This document shows positions 52,370 to 63,105 of a DNA stretch of 64,000 nt, one piece after another (position 1 is the first letter of the stretch; each line of letters opens with the position of its first letter). Both the position numbers and the translations under genes were made by a program. The stretch is taken from positions 1 to 64,000 of the IMG/VR virus record IMGVR_UViG_2929541355_000001. One strand, given 5' to 3'. The notes below the pieces were generated by a model that had not been told where the DNA came from, made no database searches, and saw only the letters and a list, made by a program, of their open reading frames with translations. This stretch comes from a virus (lineage: Duplodnaviria; Caudoviricetes).

Positions 52370-55300
52370 GTGGCCCAGTGGAACCTGAGCGTTGATCTGC
52401 GCGGTAGCGGCAACAACCTCGCCCGCACCCTGCAGACCAATGCCCGTCACGCCCGCACCCTCGCCGACGCAGCCCGCGACGCCCAGGGCGAAATCCGTGG
52501 CCTCGGCGCAGCATCCCGCACGGCGCAGGGCCACATCACAGGTGTGGGTCGCGCGTCCGACCAGGCCCGGACCCGCCTTCTGGGAATGGCCAGGCAGGCC
52601 CGGTCCGCAGCCGGAGAGTTCAGAGACCTGGCCCGCGCCGCCGAACTCGCTGAGCGGCGCCTGCGCGGCGCGATGCGCGACATCCGCATTACCGCACGCC
52701 TCGATGACGACACCGCCCCTGGCCGCGCCGCACTCCGTGCGTCCATCGACGACATCCAGCGCCTTAGCCCCGTCCGAATCCGGGTCCGATTCGACGGCGA
52801 CTCCACACAGATCGCGGCAGCTGCGGCCGCCATGCGAGATCTCCACACTCACGCTGACCGAACCGACACCGCCCTGACCCGGCTCGCTACCCGCAGTACC
52901 GCTGCCACCCTTGCCCTGCGCGCCACGAATGACGCCGCGGGCAACCTTGCTCGTACCCTGCGCACGCTTCGCCGCCGCGCCACAGACGCGGCCGGCGCAC
53001 TCGATGAGCTTTCCAGCCGCGCCCTGCTCGCGGTCGGCGGACTGCGCGCCCTGAACGCCACCGCCAGCACTACCGACAGCCATCTCACCTCCTTGTCCGA
53101 CCGGACCCGCACCCTGCGCACCGACCTCGACGACCTCGACAGCTCCCTGCGTCAGGTCGGTAGCCGCATGGGCGACCTCCGCGGGTCTGCCACCACGCTC
53201 GGGTCGTCCACCAACTCTGCGGCCGAGGGCACCAACAACCTGATGCTTGGCGCCGTCGCCCTGGCGACTGCCCTGATCCCCGTCGCCGCATCCGTCGTAC
53301 CCATCGCGGCCGGCCTGACCGCAGCTGGTGTCGCCATCGGCGCGTTCGGCGGGGCAGTCGCAGGGCAGATCGTCGCTCTGACGGAGTCGGCGGAGGCCGA
53401 GGAGAAGTACCAGAAGGCGGTCCGTGAGCACGGCACCGCATCTTCCGAGGCGGCCACGGCGGAGAAGGAATATCTGAGGACCGTTCACGAGATGCCCGCA
53501 GCCACCCGCGAGGCCGCCGCCGGGCTGTCCGTCCTGAAGGACGACTACAAGGACTGGTCGGACGCCCTCTCCGGCGACACGATGCCCGTCGTCACCAAGT
53601 CGATGAGCCTGTTCGGGTCGATCCTGCCCCGCCTGACACCTCTGGTGCGTGGCACATCGAAGGAGCTGGACCGGCTCCTGAACGTCGCCATGGGCGGCAT
53701 GCGCACCCCCGGTTTCGACCGGTTCGTCACCGCGTTCACCCGTTTCGCGACCGACTCCCTGAACCGCGGCACCACCGGAATCATCAAGTTCACCCAGGCC
53801 CTGGACACCGGGAACATCGGCGACAATCTGCGAGAGTTCCTCGACTACGCCCGCACCAACGGGCCCCTCGTCGCGGACACCCTCGGCAACCTCGCCCAGG
53901 CCGCCATGCATCTCCTCGTCGCCGCATCCGACATGGGCGTCAGCGTTCTGACCGCTGTCAACGCCCTTGCGAAACTCGTCAACGCGGTCCCCGCTCCCGC
54001 CCTGTCCGCGTTCCTGCAGCTGTACGCGGTCCTCAAGCTCGTGTCCCTCGGCGTCGCCATGGTCGGCGCCGCCTCCGGAGGGGCGGCGGCCGCGAACCTG
54101 GCCGCGTTCGTCCGCTCCGCCCGCTTCGGCGGTGTCGGCCCCGCCATCACCGGCGTCGTGCAGCGCATGTCCGCCCTACAGAAAGCGGCTGTCGGACTCG
54201 GTGTCCTCGGCCTCGTCGCGATCGGCATCGACAAGCTCGCAGACAAGGCGCGCGGAGCCCCGCCGGACGTCGACCGGCTGACCACATCCCTGAAACAGCT
54301 CGCCGTCACCGGCCGGATGACCGGAGAGCTCAAGGACACCTTCGGCGGATTTGACGGCCTCATCGAGTCGATGAAGAAGTACCAGGCCGAGGTCGGGAAG
54401 GCAGAAAAGGCCTCCGAAGGGGCGTTCGGGTTCCGCATCCCCGGTGTCAGTGACCTGTCCGACTGGTTCGGCGACAAGGCCAACGACCTGTCCCAGGGGG
54501 AGGAATCCCTCAACGCACTGAAGGACGACTTCAAGGGTGTCGACGAGGCACTCGCCCAGATGGCGTCGTCCGGGAACACGAAGGAAGCCGCGACCGGCTT
54601 CGACCTCCTCAGCAAAGCGGGAAAGAAGGCCGGCTGGTCTACGAAGGAACTCAGCGACCTTTTCCCCGAGTACAAGAACGCCCTCGCCGACCTGAAAGCC
54701 GAGCAGCAACTGGCCGCCGCCGGCTTGGGCCTGTTCGGCGAGCAGGCTCAGGCGACCAAGGCGAAACTGGACGCACAGAAGCAGTCGACGGATGGGCTGC
54801 GGCAGTCGGTCGTCGCCCTGAACGACGTCAACCGTGCCGCCCTCGGCGGAATGATCGGGTTCGAGGCGGGCATCGACGCCGCGGAGAAGGCGGCGAAGAA
54901 GAACGCCGGGTCGCTGCGCATGGTCAACGGCGAGCTGGACCTGAACTCCCCGAAGGCCCAGGCTGCCGCTACCGCCCTCGCAGACCTCGGGTCGAAGACC
55001 GATGCGGCAACGACCGCAGCCCGCGAGTCCGGGAAGTCCTGGGAGTACGTCAACGGGATCTACACGCGCGGCGAAAAGGCCATCATCAAGAACGCCATGG
55101 CGATGGGCCTGAGCAAGGCCGAAGCCAAGGCATTCGCCGCGACGGTCCTAACGATCCCCGACAAGAAGTCCACCCTGCTGGAGATGCGCACCGAGGACGC
55201 CATCGTCGGCCTCGACGCCGTCATCGCGAAGATCAAAGCAACGCCTGGCGCCAAGTCCGTCACCGTGAAGGCCCTCACCACCGATGCTGTGCGCCTCCTG

Positions 55301-57082
55301 GAGAACCTCGGCTTCCGCGTCACACACATGAAGGACGGCCGGTTCAAGGTCACCGCCCTGACCGGCGAAGCCATCGCCGGACTGGCCGGCGTACAGCGGA
55401 TGCGCAACGGCCTGAAAGACAAAACGATCCGCCTCACCACCATTCAGACGACGGTCAGGCGCACGATCGCGGAGAACAACACGATCGGCCGCCCTGGAGC
55501 CGGTGAGGGCGGACAGTCGAAGTACGCGGACGGTGGCATCGTCCACCGAGCCGCAGAGGGCCTGTTCGTCCCTGGGTACGCGCCCCGCCAGGACACGGTC
55601 CCCGCGATCCTGTCCCCGGGTGAAGGTGTCCTGGTGCCCGAGACGGTCCGCAAGCTCGGCGCGGCCACGGGCAAGGGCGGTCCAGGCGTCATCAAGGCCC
55701 TGAACATGTGGGGGCGCTACGGCAACAACATCATGGCGTTCTCCGGGGGCGGTACCGTCCCTCAGCGCTTCGCGTCCGGCGGCTTCACGTACGCGCCAAC
55801 AGGATCCCGCCGCAGCACCTCCGATGTGCAGTCCGCGTACTCCAACGCCCACCAGCCCATCACGAAGGACGACTACCTCAAGAAGATCCGGGCGCAGCAG
55901 AACGCCGTCGACAACCTGCACACCGCAGAGGCGCGGCTGCGCCAGGTCCGTAAGAGCAAGCACTCCCACGCCCAGTTGGTTGCGGCCGAGAACCGGGTGT
56001 CGAAGGCCCGTCGTGCCGTCACCACCGCAACCGAAGCGGCCCGCAAGGCCGAGACTCGGTATAAGAAGACTTTCTCCCTGTCCGACTGGCAGAAGACGTT
56101 GAACACCGCGGTGAAGGCCAACACGTCGTGGGAGTCGAATCTCAACAAGATTGCGGCCCGTGGTGGGGGAGCCGTCATCGACCAGCTCCGCGACATGGGC
56201 GAAGAGGGCGCCGCCATCGTCGCCGCCTTGGCCAAGGCTTCGACGAAGCAGTTCAACAGCATCGTCGCGAATCTGAAGAAGCTCGGCCCGCTCGCAAAGG
56301 CGTCCCTGGCGGACTACACGAAACAGCTCGCCGTCACGAACAGGACCAACACCGTCTTCCAGGGGAACCTGGCGAAACTGGCCGGCCAGGGCTACGGCGA
56401 CCTCGCCACGCAGCTGGCCGGGCAGGGCGACGAAGCCGCACAGAAGCTTGCTGCGGAAGCCGTGAAGTCGAAGACGAAGGCCTCGTCGGCGAACAAGGCG
56501 GCGAAGACGTCTGGTGCGCAGCTGTCCAGCGATGAGCTCGCCGAACTGATCCAGATCATCGCCGCGGTCAAGACATCCAAGACCGGCATCCATGACGTTG
56601 CCGGGTCCACGGGGCTCGGCGAGGACGAGATCATCACCATCGCCACAAAGGGATCCGCACAGATCAAGAGCAGCCTCGGGTCCCGGGCCACAAAGTTCCT
56701 TGTCGACCTCGGCCGGGCCAAGAAGGGGCTCTCCTACGCCAACGGCGGGATCCGCCCTGGCGTCTACTCCACCGCGGGCGGCGCTGTCACGTTTGCCGAG
56801 CCGTCCACGGGCGGGGAGGCCTATATCCCCCTCGGGGCGTCGAAGCGCGGCCGCGCCACCGACGTCCTGCGCGACGTTGCCGGCCGGTTCGGCGTCGGCC
56901 TCACCGACGCAGCTGGCGGAGCCGGGCGAGTGGTCATCGTCCGCGAGCAGGGCCCCCTCATCGGCTCGCAGACCTGGCAGGTCACCACCGGCGGAAATGC
57001 CACCGACACCGCACGGAAGATCGACGCCGACAACGGCTACCAGCTACGGCGCCTCGCGCGCGGAGGGGTCGCAGCACGATGA
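52370..57082 (+). CDS. tape measure protein
   Basis: about 1570 aa, Ala-rich helical; ADGG/ASGG/ANGG, LSPGE.V, FAEP.TGGEAYIPL. Confidence 0.93.
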   Translation: MAQWNLSVDLRGSGNNLARTLQTNARHARTLADAARDAQGEIRGLGAASRTAQGHITGVGRASDQARTRLLGMARQARSAAGEFRDLARAAELAERRLRGAMRDIRITARLDDDTAPGRAALRASIDDIQRLSPVRIRVRFDGDSTQIAAAAAAMRDLHTHADRTDTALTRLATRSTAATLALRATNDAAGNLARTLRTLRRRATDAAGALDELSSRALLAVGGLRALNATASTTDSHLTSLSDRTRTLRTDLDDLDSSLRQVGSRMGDLRGSATTLGSSTNSAAEGTNNLMLGAVALATALIPVAASVVPIAAGLTAAGVAIGAFGGAVAGQIVALTESAEAEEKYQKAVREHGTASSEAATAEKEYLRTVHEMPAATREAAAGLSVLKDDYKDWSDALSGDTMPVVTKSMSLFGSILPRLTPLVRGTSKELDRLLNVAMGGMRTPGFDRFVTAFTRFATDSLNRGTTGIIKFTQALDTGNIGDNLREFLDYARTNGPLVADTLGNLAQAAMHLLVAASDMGVSVLTAVNALAKLVNAVPAPALSAFLQLYAVLKLVSLGVAMVGAASGGAAAANLAAFVRSARFGGVGPAITGVVQRMSALQKAAVGLGVLGLVAIGIDKLADKARGAPPDVDRLTTSLKQLAVTGRMTGELKDTFGGFDGLIESMKKYQAEVGKAEKASEGAFGFRIPGVSDLSDWFGDKANDLSQGEESLNALKDDFKGVDEALAQMASSGNTKEAATGFDLLSKAGKKAGWSTKELSDLFPEYKNALADLKAEQQLAAAGLGLFGEQAQATKAKLDAQKQSTDGLRQSVVALNDVNRAALGGMIGFEAGIDAAEKAAKKNAGSLRMVNGELDLNSPKAQAAATALADLGSKTDAATTAARESGKSWEYVNGIYTRGEKAIIKNAMAMGLSKAEAKAFAATVLTIPDKKSTLLEMRTEDAIVGLDAVIAKIKATPGAKSVTVKALTTDAVRLLENLGFRVTHMKDGRFKVTALTGEAIAGLAGVQRMRNGLKDKTIRLTTIQTTVRRTIAENNTIGRPGAGEGGQSKYADGGIVHRAAEGLFVPGYAPRQDTVPAILSPGEGVLVPETVRKLGAATGKGGPGVIKALNMWGRYGNNIMAFSGGGTVPQRFASGGFTYAPTGSRRSTSDVQSAYSNAHQPITKDDYLKKIRAQQNAVDNLHTAEARLRQVRKSKHSHAQLVAAENRVSKARRAVTTATEAARKAETRYKKTFSLSDWQKTLNTAVKANTSWESNLNKIAARGGGAVIDQLRDMGEEGAAIVAALAKASTKQFNSIVANLKKLGPLAKASLADYTKQLAVTNRTNTVFQGNLAKLAGQGYGDLATQLAGQGDEAAQKLAAEAVKSKTKASSANKAAKTSGAQLSSDELAELIQIIAAVKTSKTGIHDVAGSTGLGEDEIITIATKGSAQIKSSLGSRATKFLVDLGRAKKGLSYANGGIRPGVYSTAGGAVTFAEPSTGGEAYIPLGASKRGRATDVLRDVAGRFGVGLTDAAGGAGRVVIVREQGPLIGSQTWQVTTGGNATDTARKIDADNGYQLRRLARGGVAAR

Positions 57083-57975
57083 CCACACCCGTAGAGCTCC
57101 TGGATGGGCAGCACCAGCTCGGCACCGTCCTGATCGGCAAGGGCACCCCGGTGACGATCGCGACGATCGAGGGCCTGGGCCTTCCGCCGATGCGGACCGG
57201 GGATGTGGAGCCGCCGGGGGAGGACGGGCTGTGGCTGGGCCGCGACTACTACGGCGGCCGCACGATCCGCATCGACGCCGCGGTTCGCCGCCCCGGCGAC
57301 GAGGCCGGCGCCCTCGACACGGTGTCCTCGATCCAGAGGAACTCCGACAACCGCAACATCCGCCAGGCGGGCGGGGCCACCGTGAACCTGCGCCTCAAGT
57401 TCCCCGGCCGGCCCACCCGTGTGGTCCGGGGCCGTGTCCGCAAGGCCGACACCGACCTACAGAAGGCGATCCACGGTTGGATTCCGGTCGATATCGAGTT
57501 CCAGTCCGACGACTACCTCTACTACACCGACGAGCCCGACACGACCGGCATCCCTCTCGCCGTCCTGTCCTCGGGCGGGCTGACGTTCCCCTTGATGTTC
57601 CCGTTCACCATCGACGGCGATCCGGCGGCGGTCGGTCGGCCCGGGTTCCTTGATGTCGGCGGCAACGCTTCTACGTGGCCGGTCCTGCGGGTCACCGGCC
57701 CGTGCGCGAACCCGGTGATCACACACGTCACGTCCGGCCGGACCTTGTCGGTGCAAGCGACCCTCGCGGCGGGGGAGTGGGTGGAGATCGATACCCGACC
57801 CGGGTGGCGGTCCGTCCTCCGCGACAACGGCGGTGCCGCCCCGCTCTCACCGACGAGCCGCATCGACCTGTTCCGCCTGTCGACCGGCATCAACGAGATC
57901 CGGTGGACGGCCACCGACCCGACCCTCACCAGCACGCTGGCCGTCACCTGGTGGCCTGCCTACAAGGCCCTCTAA
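57079..57975 (+). CDS. distal tail protein (Dit)
   Basis: PG.DG...G.D....RTI; FPL.FP; TWP.LRV.GP..NP. Confidence 0.8.
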   Translation: MTTPVELLDGQHQLGTVLIGKGTPVTIATIEGLGLPPMRTGDVEPPGEDGLWLGRDYYGGRTIRIDAAVRRPGDEAGALDTVSSIQRNSDNRNIRQAGGATVNLRLKFPGRPTRVVRGRVRKADTDLQKAIHGWIPVDIEFQSDDYLYYTDEPDTTGIPLAVLSSGGLTFPLMFPFTIDGDPAAVGRPGFLDVGGNASTWPVLRVTGPCANPVITHVTSGRTLSVQATLAAGEWVEIDTRPGWRSVLRDNGGAAPLSPTSRIDLFRLSTGINEIRWTATDPTLTSTLAVTWWPAYKAL

Positions 57976-57985
57976 GGAGCCCCTG

Positions 57986-58939
57986 ATGGCCCTCAACCCT
58001 GTCCCCATCGCTACGACCGGGGCATCCCACACCGCCCAGCAGTTCCGCATGATGATCAAAGACCTGTCGCGGGACAATCAAGGTGTCACCACAGGACTCG
58101 ACCTCAAGGTCACCGCCCTCGCCACCCCCGGTGCCGGTGTCCAGATCAGCGACGGGTCCGGTGTCATCGCCGGGAAGGTCTCCCCCGTCCAGGGCTACTA
58201 CTCCGCGTACAACATCGGCTCCGACACGGTCAACATCGCGTCGACCGGCGGCACACCCCGCTCCGACATGCTCGTCCTGCGCGTCGAAGACCCCCAGTAC
58301 GAAGGCACCCGGAACCCGGCAACGGACCCGATCGTGTTCTGGGAAGTCGTTCCGAACGTGTCCTCCACGGCCACGACCGTGCCGTCCGGGTACTCGGCGA
58401 TCCCGCTCGCCCGGATCGACATCCCCGCGTCCACGGCCACCATCACCAACGCCATGATCAAGGACCTGAGGAAGGTCGCGAACCCACGCCGCGACCGGAT
58501 CCTCACCCCGTACTACGTGGCCGGCGCCCTCACCGAGATCTCGGGCACTACATCAACGTGGCGGACCTTTCCGAACTTCACCCTCGCCACCCTCGCGATC
58601 CCCTCCTGGGCGGCCACTGCGAAGGTCGTCTTCTCCGTGTACGGGCTGCGCCTCACCACCGGCAACGTTTTCGGGGCGTTCCGGTTCCTCCTCGGCTCGT
58701 CCCTCGAAGCCGTGCAGTCCGTGTACATCGACGACAACGGCGGTACCGGTGTTCGCCGCATCTACGTGGAGATGGTCGAGACGATCGACCTCACCACCAC
58801 GGCCGGGGCGGCGTTGCGGGGCACGAACCAGACGATCAAGCCCCGCATGCGCACCGACTCCCTCAACACGGGGAAGATCGGCGCCGACACCAGCACCACG
58901 TTCAAGATCGATGTGGAGTTCCTGGAAGGCCCACTCTGA
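57986..58939 (+). CDS. minor tail protein
   Basis: PR.D.LV.RV.DP.Y...IPLARI..PA...IT...I.DLR. Confidence 0.75.
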   Translation: MALNPVPIATTGASHTAQQFRMMIKDLSRDNQGVTTGLDLKVTALATPGAGVQISDGSGVIAGKVSPVQGYYSAYNIGSDTVNIASTGGTPRSDMLVLRVEDPQYEGTRNPATDPIVFWEVVPNVSSTATTVPSGYSAIPLARIDIPASTATITNAMIKDLRKVANPRRDRILTPYYVAGALTEISGTTSTWRTFPNFTLATLAIPSWAATAKVVFSVYGLRLTTGNVFGAFRFLLGSSLEAVQSVYIDDNGGTGVRRIYVEMVETIDLTTTAGAALRGTNQTIKPRMRTDSLNTGKIGADTSTTFKIDVEFLEGPL

Positions 58940-60036
58940 TGGGCCGGTGGCGGTACTTCACCACGCACCCGCTGACCGGTGCGGTCCTCCACCCCGCCCT
59001 GCCGCTATCCAACGTGGAGTTCGGGTCAGAGGTCAACGGTCCGGGCTCGTTCACGGCGACGATCTCGCCGAGGTGGCTGAGCGCCAACGTCACGGCCCTG
59101 ATGCCGCACGTGTCCCTGATCTACGCCCAGGCCGGCAGCTACCTGCGCTGGGGTGGCCTCGTCTGGACCGTCGAAGCCGAGGACGCCGAGTACCGCATCG
59201 AGGCCGCATCCTGGTCGTCGTACCTGACGAAACGCCACGACACCCATGGTCGGCTGAACGGGCGCGGCCCCTACGTCAACGCTGACCCGTGCAACATCAT
59301 CCGCGACATTTGGGCGTACGCGCAGGAGCAGCCCGACGGGAACCTCGGCGTCGTTGTCGACTCCACCACCTCAAACGCCAAGGTCGGAACACCGACCGAG
59401 CCGTGGTCCTCCTACTGGTACGAGACCCCAGCCCTCGGTGACCAGCTCGACGACCTCGTCTCGGAGGACGGCGCCCCCCAATACACGAACACGTGCAGTT
59501 TCCAGACCAACGGCACCATTCGGAAGCGCATGGTCCTCGCCTACCCCCGGCTCGGGGCCCGCCGCACCGACATCACCTTCCGGACCGGCGTCAACATCAT
59601 CACCGCGCCCCCAGTCCAGTACAACGGCGACGACTTCGCGAACGTAGTCATCGGCACCGGCTCCGGTGAAGGCACCGCGACCCGGTACGCCGTCGACCCG
59701 GTCCGGGACGGGGGCCTGCGCATGGAGTCTGTGCTGGCCCTGCCCACCGTCAACGGCACCGACATCCTCGGCCGTCGCATCGCCGCCGAACGCAAACGGC
59801 GTCAGGTCATGGGCGACGTGCAGGAAATCACCATCCGGGACCACCCGGCCGCGCCCCTCGGCAGCTGGCAGATCGGCGACGACGTCCAGGTCAGCGTCCA
59901 CAACGACTGGGTTTCCTGGACCGGCTGGTCGCGGATCATCGCCGACTCCTACAAGCCCGGCGAGAACGAGGACACCGCGACCCTCAGCCTGCAACGAGCC
60001 GACACATTCCACTACGGATCACCGGAGACGGTCTGA
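58939..60036 (+). CDS. baseplate hub / minor tail protein
   Basis: LPL..V.F..VNGPG...WGG.VW; W..GD.V.V. Confidence 0.75.
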   Translation: MGRWRYFTTHPLTGAVLHPALPLSNVEFGSEVNGPGSFTATISPRWLSANVTALMPHVSLIYAQAGSYLRWGGLVWTVEAEDAEYRIEAASWSSYLTKRHDTHGRLNGRGPYVNADPCNIIRDIWAYAQEQPDGNLGVVVDSTTSNAKVGTPTEPWSSYWYETPALGDQLDDLVSEDGAPQYTNTCSFQTNGTIRKRMVLAYPRLGARRTDITFRTGVNIITAPPVQYNGDDFANVVIGTGSGEGTATRYAVDPVRDGGLRMESVLALPTVNGTDILGRRIAAERKRRQVMGDVQEITIRDHPAAPLGSWQIGDDVQVSVHNDWVSWTGWSRIIADSYKPGENEDTATLSLQRADTFHYGSPETV

Positions 60037-61886
60037 TGACGAACATCGCCACGGAGGTCGCCCGGCTGAAGAGCCAGATTGACCAGATCAAGAAGGGGCA
60101 GCGCCTCTCCCACGGCGCCAGCATCGAGAACGCTGCGATCGAAGTCCGCGACGACGGCGGATCCCTGCGCGCGATCGTCGGCCAACAGGGCGACGGCACC
60201 ACCGGCGCCATCATCGTGAACGGGCCCCCGCCTCCGCAGCCCTCCGCCCCGCTCGTCGCCTCCGTCCTCGGCGGCGTCACCGCATCCTGGGACGGGCAGT
60301 TCGACGGCGGGGCGGTCATGCCCCTGGACTGGGCCCGGGTGGAGGTGCACGCCTCCACCGCCCCCGACTTCATCCCCGACCCGGTGACCCTCCAGTCGAC
60401 GATCGAGACCGCGCAGGGCGCGACCGCCGTCATCGCCTGCGAGAACGATGTGTACGTGCGCCTGCAGGCCCGCACCACATCCGGCACCGCATCCACCCCG
60501 TCCAGCATCGTCGGCCCGTACGGGCCTGCTCCCGTTGTCGCCACCGACATCCTCGACGGCATCGTCACCACGGTGAAACTCGCCGACGACGCAGTCACCC
60601 AGGCCAAGGTCGCCGTCGGCGCAATCGGCACCACCGAGATTAGCGACAGCGCGATCACCACCCCGAAGATCGTGGCTGGGGCCGTACAGACCGCCCAGCT
60701 CGACGCCGAAGCCGTCAACGCCAGCAAGATTGCCGCAGGGGCGGTCACCACCACCAAACTCGACGCCCTCGCCGTGACCGCCGACAAAATCGACGCGAAC
60801 GCCGTAATTGTTGGGAAACTCGCCGCCGGGTCAGTCGATGCCACCGCCCTCAAAGCCGACGCGATCACTGGAAAGACCATCACCGGTGGAGTCATCAATG
60901 GTGCCGAATTCCACTCCGACGACGGCGCGGGCAGCCTCGTCGATATCCAAGACGGCACCGTCACCACCACCGCCGCGAACGGGTGGAAAATCGTCGTCGA
61001 CCCAACTCAGGCACTGCCCGTCATCGACTTCCTTGACGGCGAAGGAGACACGGCAGGATCAATCAACGCAACAGGCGACAACGCCTCACCTGCCCTGAAC
61101 ATCTCCTCAGGACCCTTTACCGACGGAGCCGTCACCGACTGGCGGTGGGTTACCGTCATGGGCCAGACCAGCGGCGCCAACGCATGCATCACAACACGAG
61201 TCCGCGAGTCCAACACCAACACCTTCAAGGGCGGCTACCTGGCGCTGAACCCATCCAACGCGCAACTCGCCCTGGTCGACAGCGCCAGCCCCACCACGAA
61301 CACAATCTTCCAGATCGAGGCGCAACAATTCATCTTCGATGAAGGGCGCGTCATCGTCGACCCCCCAGCCAGCACATTCCCTGCGCTCGCCGTACTCGCA
61401 AAGTCGGGACACACTGGCACTCTGATCAGATGTCAAGTGAACAGCGTCGACAAGTTCTATGTCACGCCAGCTGGAAACGTCGTCGCATCGGGCTCGATCA
61501 GCGGGGCGAGCGTGACGGCAACCGGTGCGGTCACCGCAGGAAGTGCAACAGCTACTGGTGCAGTCACCGCAGGGAGTATCACAACTGCTGGTGCGGTCAC
61601 CGCAGCCAGCGCCACCATCAGCGGTCTCCTCGCCGCAGGGAACATTGCGTTCGGCACGATTGTCGTCACAACGTCCGCCGCGAACTCGCCAGCCTCTGCT
61701 GCTGTCACGGGCCTCAACGTCGCAGGCACGACCTTCCGCGCCTTCGTCACCGGAAGCTCTGGCGTTCCCGGCACGCAGTTCCTCGGCGCCGCCGCTACCA
61801 ACCCCACCGCAAACGGTATGACCGTCACCGTCACCCGCACCAACGCCACGGCGACCAGCGTGTACTGGCTCCTCCTCGGCATTTGA
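60036..61886 (+). CDS. tail fibre / receptor-binding protein
   Basis: FN3-like segment, 10-aa (A/V)VT..K(L/I)A repeats, C-terminal W.L.G end. Confidence 0.8.
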   Translation: MTNIATEVARLKSQIDQIKKGQRLSHGASIENAAIEVRDDGGSLRAIVGQQGDGTTGAIIVNGPPPPQPSAPLVASVLGGVTASWDGQFDGGAVMPLDWARVEVHASTAPDFIPDPVTLQSTIETAQGATAVIACENDVYVRLQARTTSGTASTPSSIVGPYGPAPVVATDILDGIVTTVKLADDAVTQAKVAVGAIGTTEISDSAITTPKIVAGAVQTAQLDAEAVNASKIAAGAVTTTKLDALAVTADKIDANAVIVGKLAAGSVDATALKADAITGKTITGGVINGAEFHSDDGAGSLVDIQDGTVTTTAANGWKIVVDPTQALPVIDFLDGEGDTAGSINATGDNASPALNISSGPFTDGAVTDWRWVTVMGQTSGANACITTRVRESNTNTFKGGYLALNPSNAQLALVDSASPTTNTIFQIEAQQFIFDEGRVIVDPPASTFPALAVLAKSGHTGTLIRCQVNSVDKFYVTPAGNVVASGSISGASVTATGAVTAGSATATGAVTAGSITTAGAVTAASATISGLLAAGNIAFGTIVVTTSAANSPASAAVTGLNVAGTTFRAFVTGSSGVPGTQFLGAAATNPTANGMTVTVTRTNATATSVYWLLLGI

Positions 61887-61909
61887 CCACCAGCAAAGGA
61901 CACCACCAC

Positions 61910-62137
61910 ATGGCCACCAGCCCTCTCGACCCCGGCGTCACCTTCATCCCCGCCACCTACTACAGCGTCACCGCAACGGACAAGAATCCCGACTGCGTGA
62001 ACCTGAACAAGACCTTCGAAGTCACCCAGTTCTACTCCAACGACGGCCACAACCTCGTCGTTGCCTGCGGACTCTGCGGCCAACTCATGACGATCACGTC
62101 CGCGAGCATCCTCGACCCCCAGCCCGAGGTCGTCTGA
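61910..62137 (+). CDS. small Zn-binding tail-associated protein
   Basis: RBS AAAGGA; C.N...CGLCG...LDPQPE. Confidence 0.65.
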   Translation: MATSPLDPGVTFIPATYYSVTATDKNPDCVNLNKTFEVTQFYSNDGHNLVVACGLCGQLMTITSASILDPQPEVV

Positions 62138-62286
62138 CCGGGGGGAGCGTCAGCCCCGCACACCCGTACGCTGACCAGTAGGGCGACCCTCCGCCCCGCA
62201 CCACCCCCGAGGGACTGCCACCGGCCCCGGCCGGAGCAGCACACGCCACCAGCTCTGGGCGCGGGGAAGTGCAGGAGCGCGGGCTA

Positions 62287-63105
62287 GTGCCCACCGATCT
62301 CACGATCCGTACGTACGACACGCCGCCGCATCTCGGCCGCCACCAGGTCCTTGATGTGCGGAGTCTCGCGTACCGCCGCCCATACGACGGCCGACCCCTC
62401 CGGGCCACGGAGTGGGAACCCCGCATCCCCGTCCTCAACCAGCAGCAGCTCGTCGCGCAGGGCATCTACACCTCCCGCGACTACGGCCTCGACGACGACG
62501 TGGACGCCCTGTCGTCGTGCACCGGAAACGCCGGCACCGCCCTCCTGTCGGTCCTCCTCAGCAAGGAGCAGGCGAACGCCGCCGGCCTGAACACCGACGA
62601 CGCTGCGGCGGCCGAGCACTTCGCGATCGGCCTGTACGCGGATGCCACCGCCCGCGACGAGTGGCGCGACGCTCAGTGGCCCATCCAGGACGTCGGCTCG
62701 TCCGGCCTCGGCGTCGCCAAGGCGCTGCGCGACCGCGGGCTCATCGACCAGTACGGGCACGCCACCACCGCCGAGGAACTCTGCGCCCTACTGCAGACCG
62801 GACCCGTCCTCATGGGCATGAGTTGGTTTGATTCATTCTCGGCTCCGGACGGCCGCGGCTTCATCGACAGCGATTCAGCGTGGGCGGACTCGGCGCTGCA
62901 GGGCGGCCATGAGGTGTGCGTGACCGCACTTGAAGAGGTGGCGATGATTGACGGAGACCTGGTGCCAGAACATACGGTCCTCCGCTTTCGTCAGTCGTGG
63001 GGAGCGTCCTGGGGTGATCACGGAGAAGGGCGCATGCGCCTCAGCACCTACGAGGCGATGCGCCCTGGAATCGACATCTGCCAGCCACGCAGGGACTTCC
63101 GCTAG
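62287..63105 (+). CDS. papain-like (C1) cysteine peptidase
   Basis: LNQ...SCTGNA, GPV..G..W, GGHEV, QSWG.SWG..G (alternative start 62269). Confidence 0.8.
   Translation: MPTDLTIRTYDTPPHLGRHQVLDVRSLAYRRPYDGRPLRATEWEPRIPVLNQQQLVAQGIYTSRDYGLDDDVDALSSCTGNAGTALLSVLLSKEQANAAGLNTDDAAAAEHFAIGLYADATARDEWRDAQWPIQDVGSSGLGVAKALRDRGLIDQYGHATTAEELCALLQTGPVLMGMSWFDSFSAPDGRGFIDSDSAWADSALQGGHEVCVTALEEVAMIDGDLVPEHTVLRFRQSWGASWGDHGEGRMRLSTYEAMRPGIDICQPRRDFR

Noticed and set aside
60036-63105. Diversity-generating retroelement acting on the tail fibre
   Set aside because: No reverse transcriptase or TR/VR repeat pair seen.
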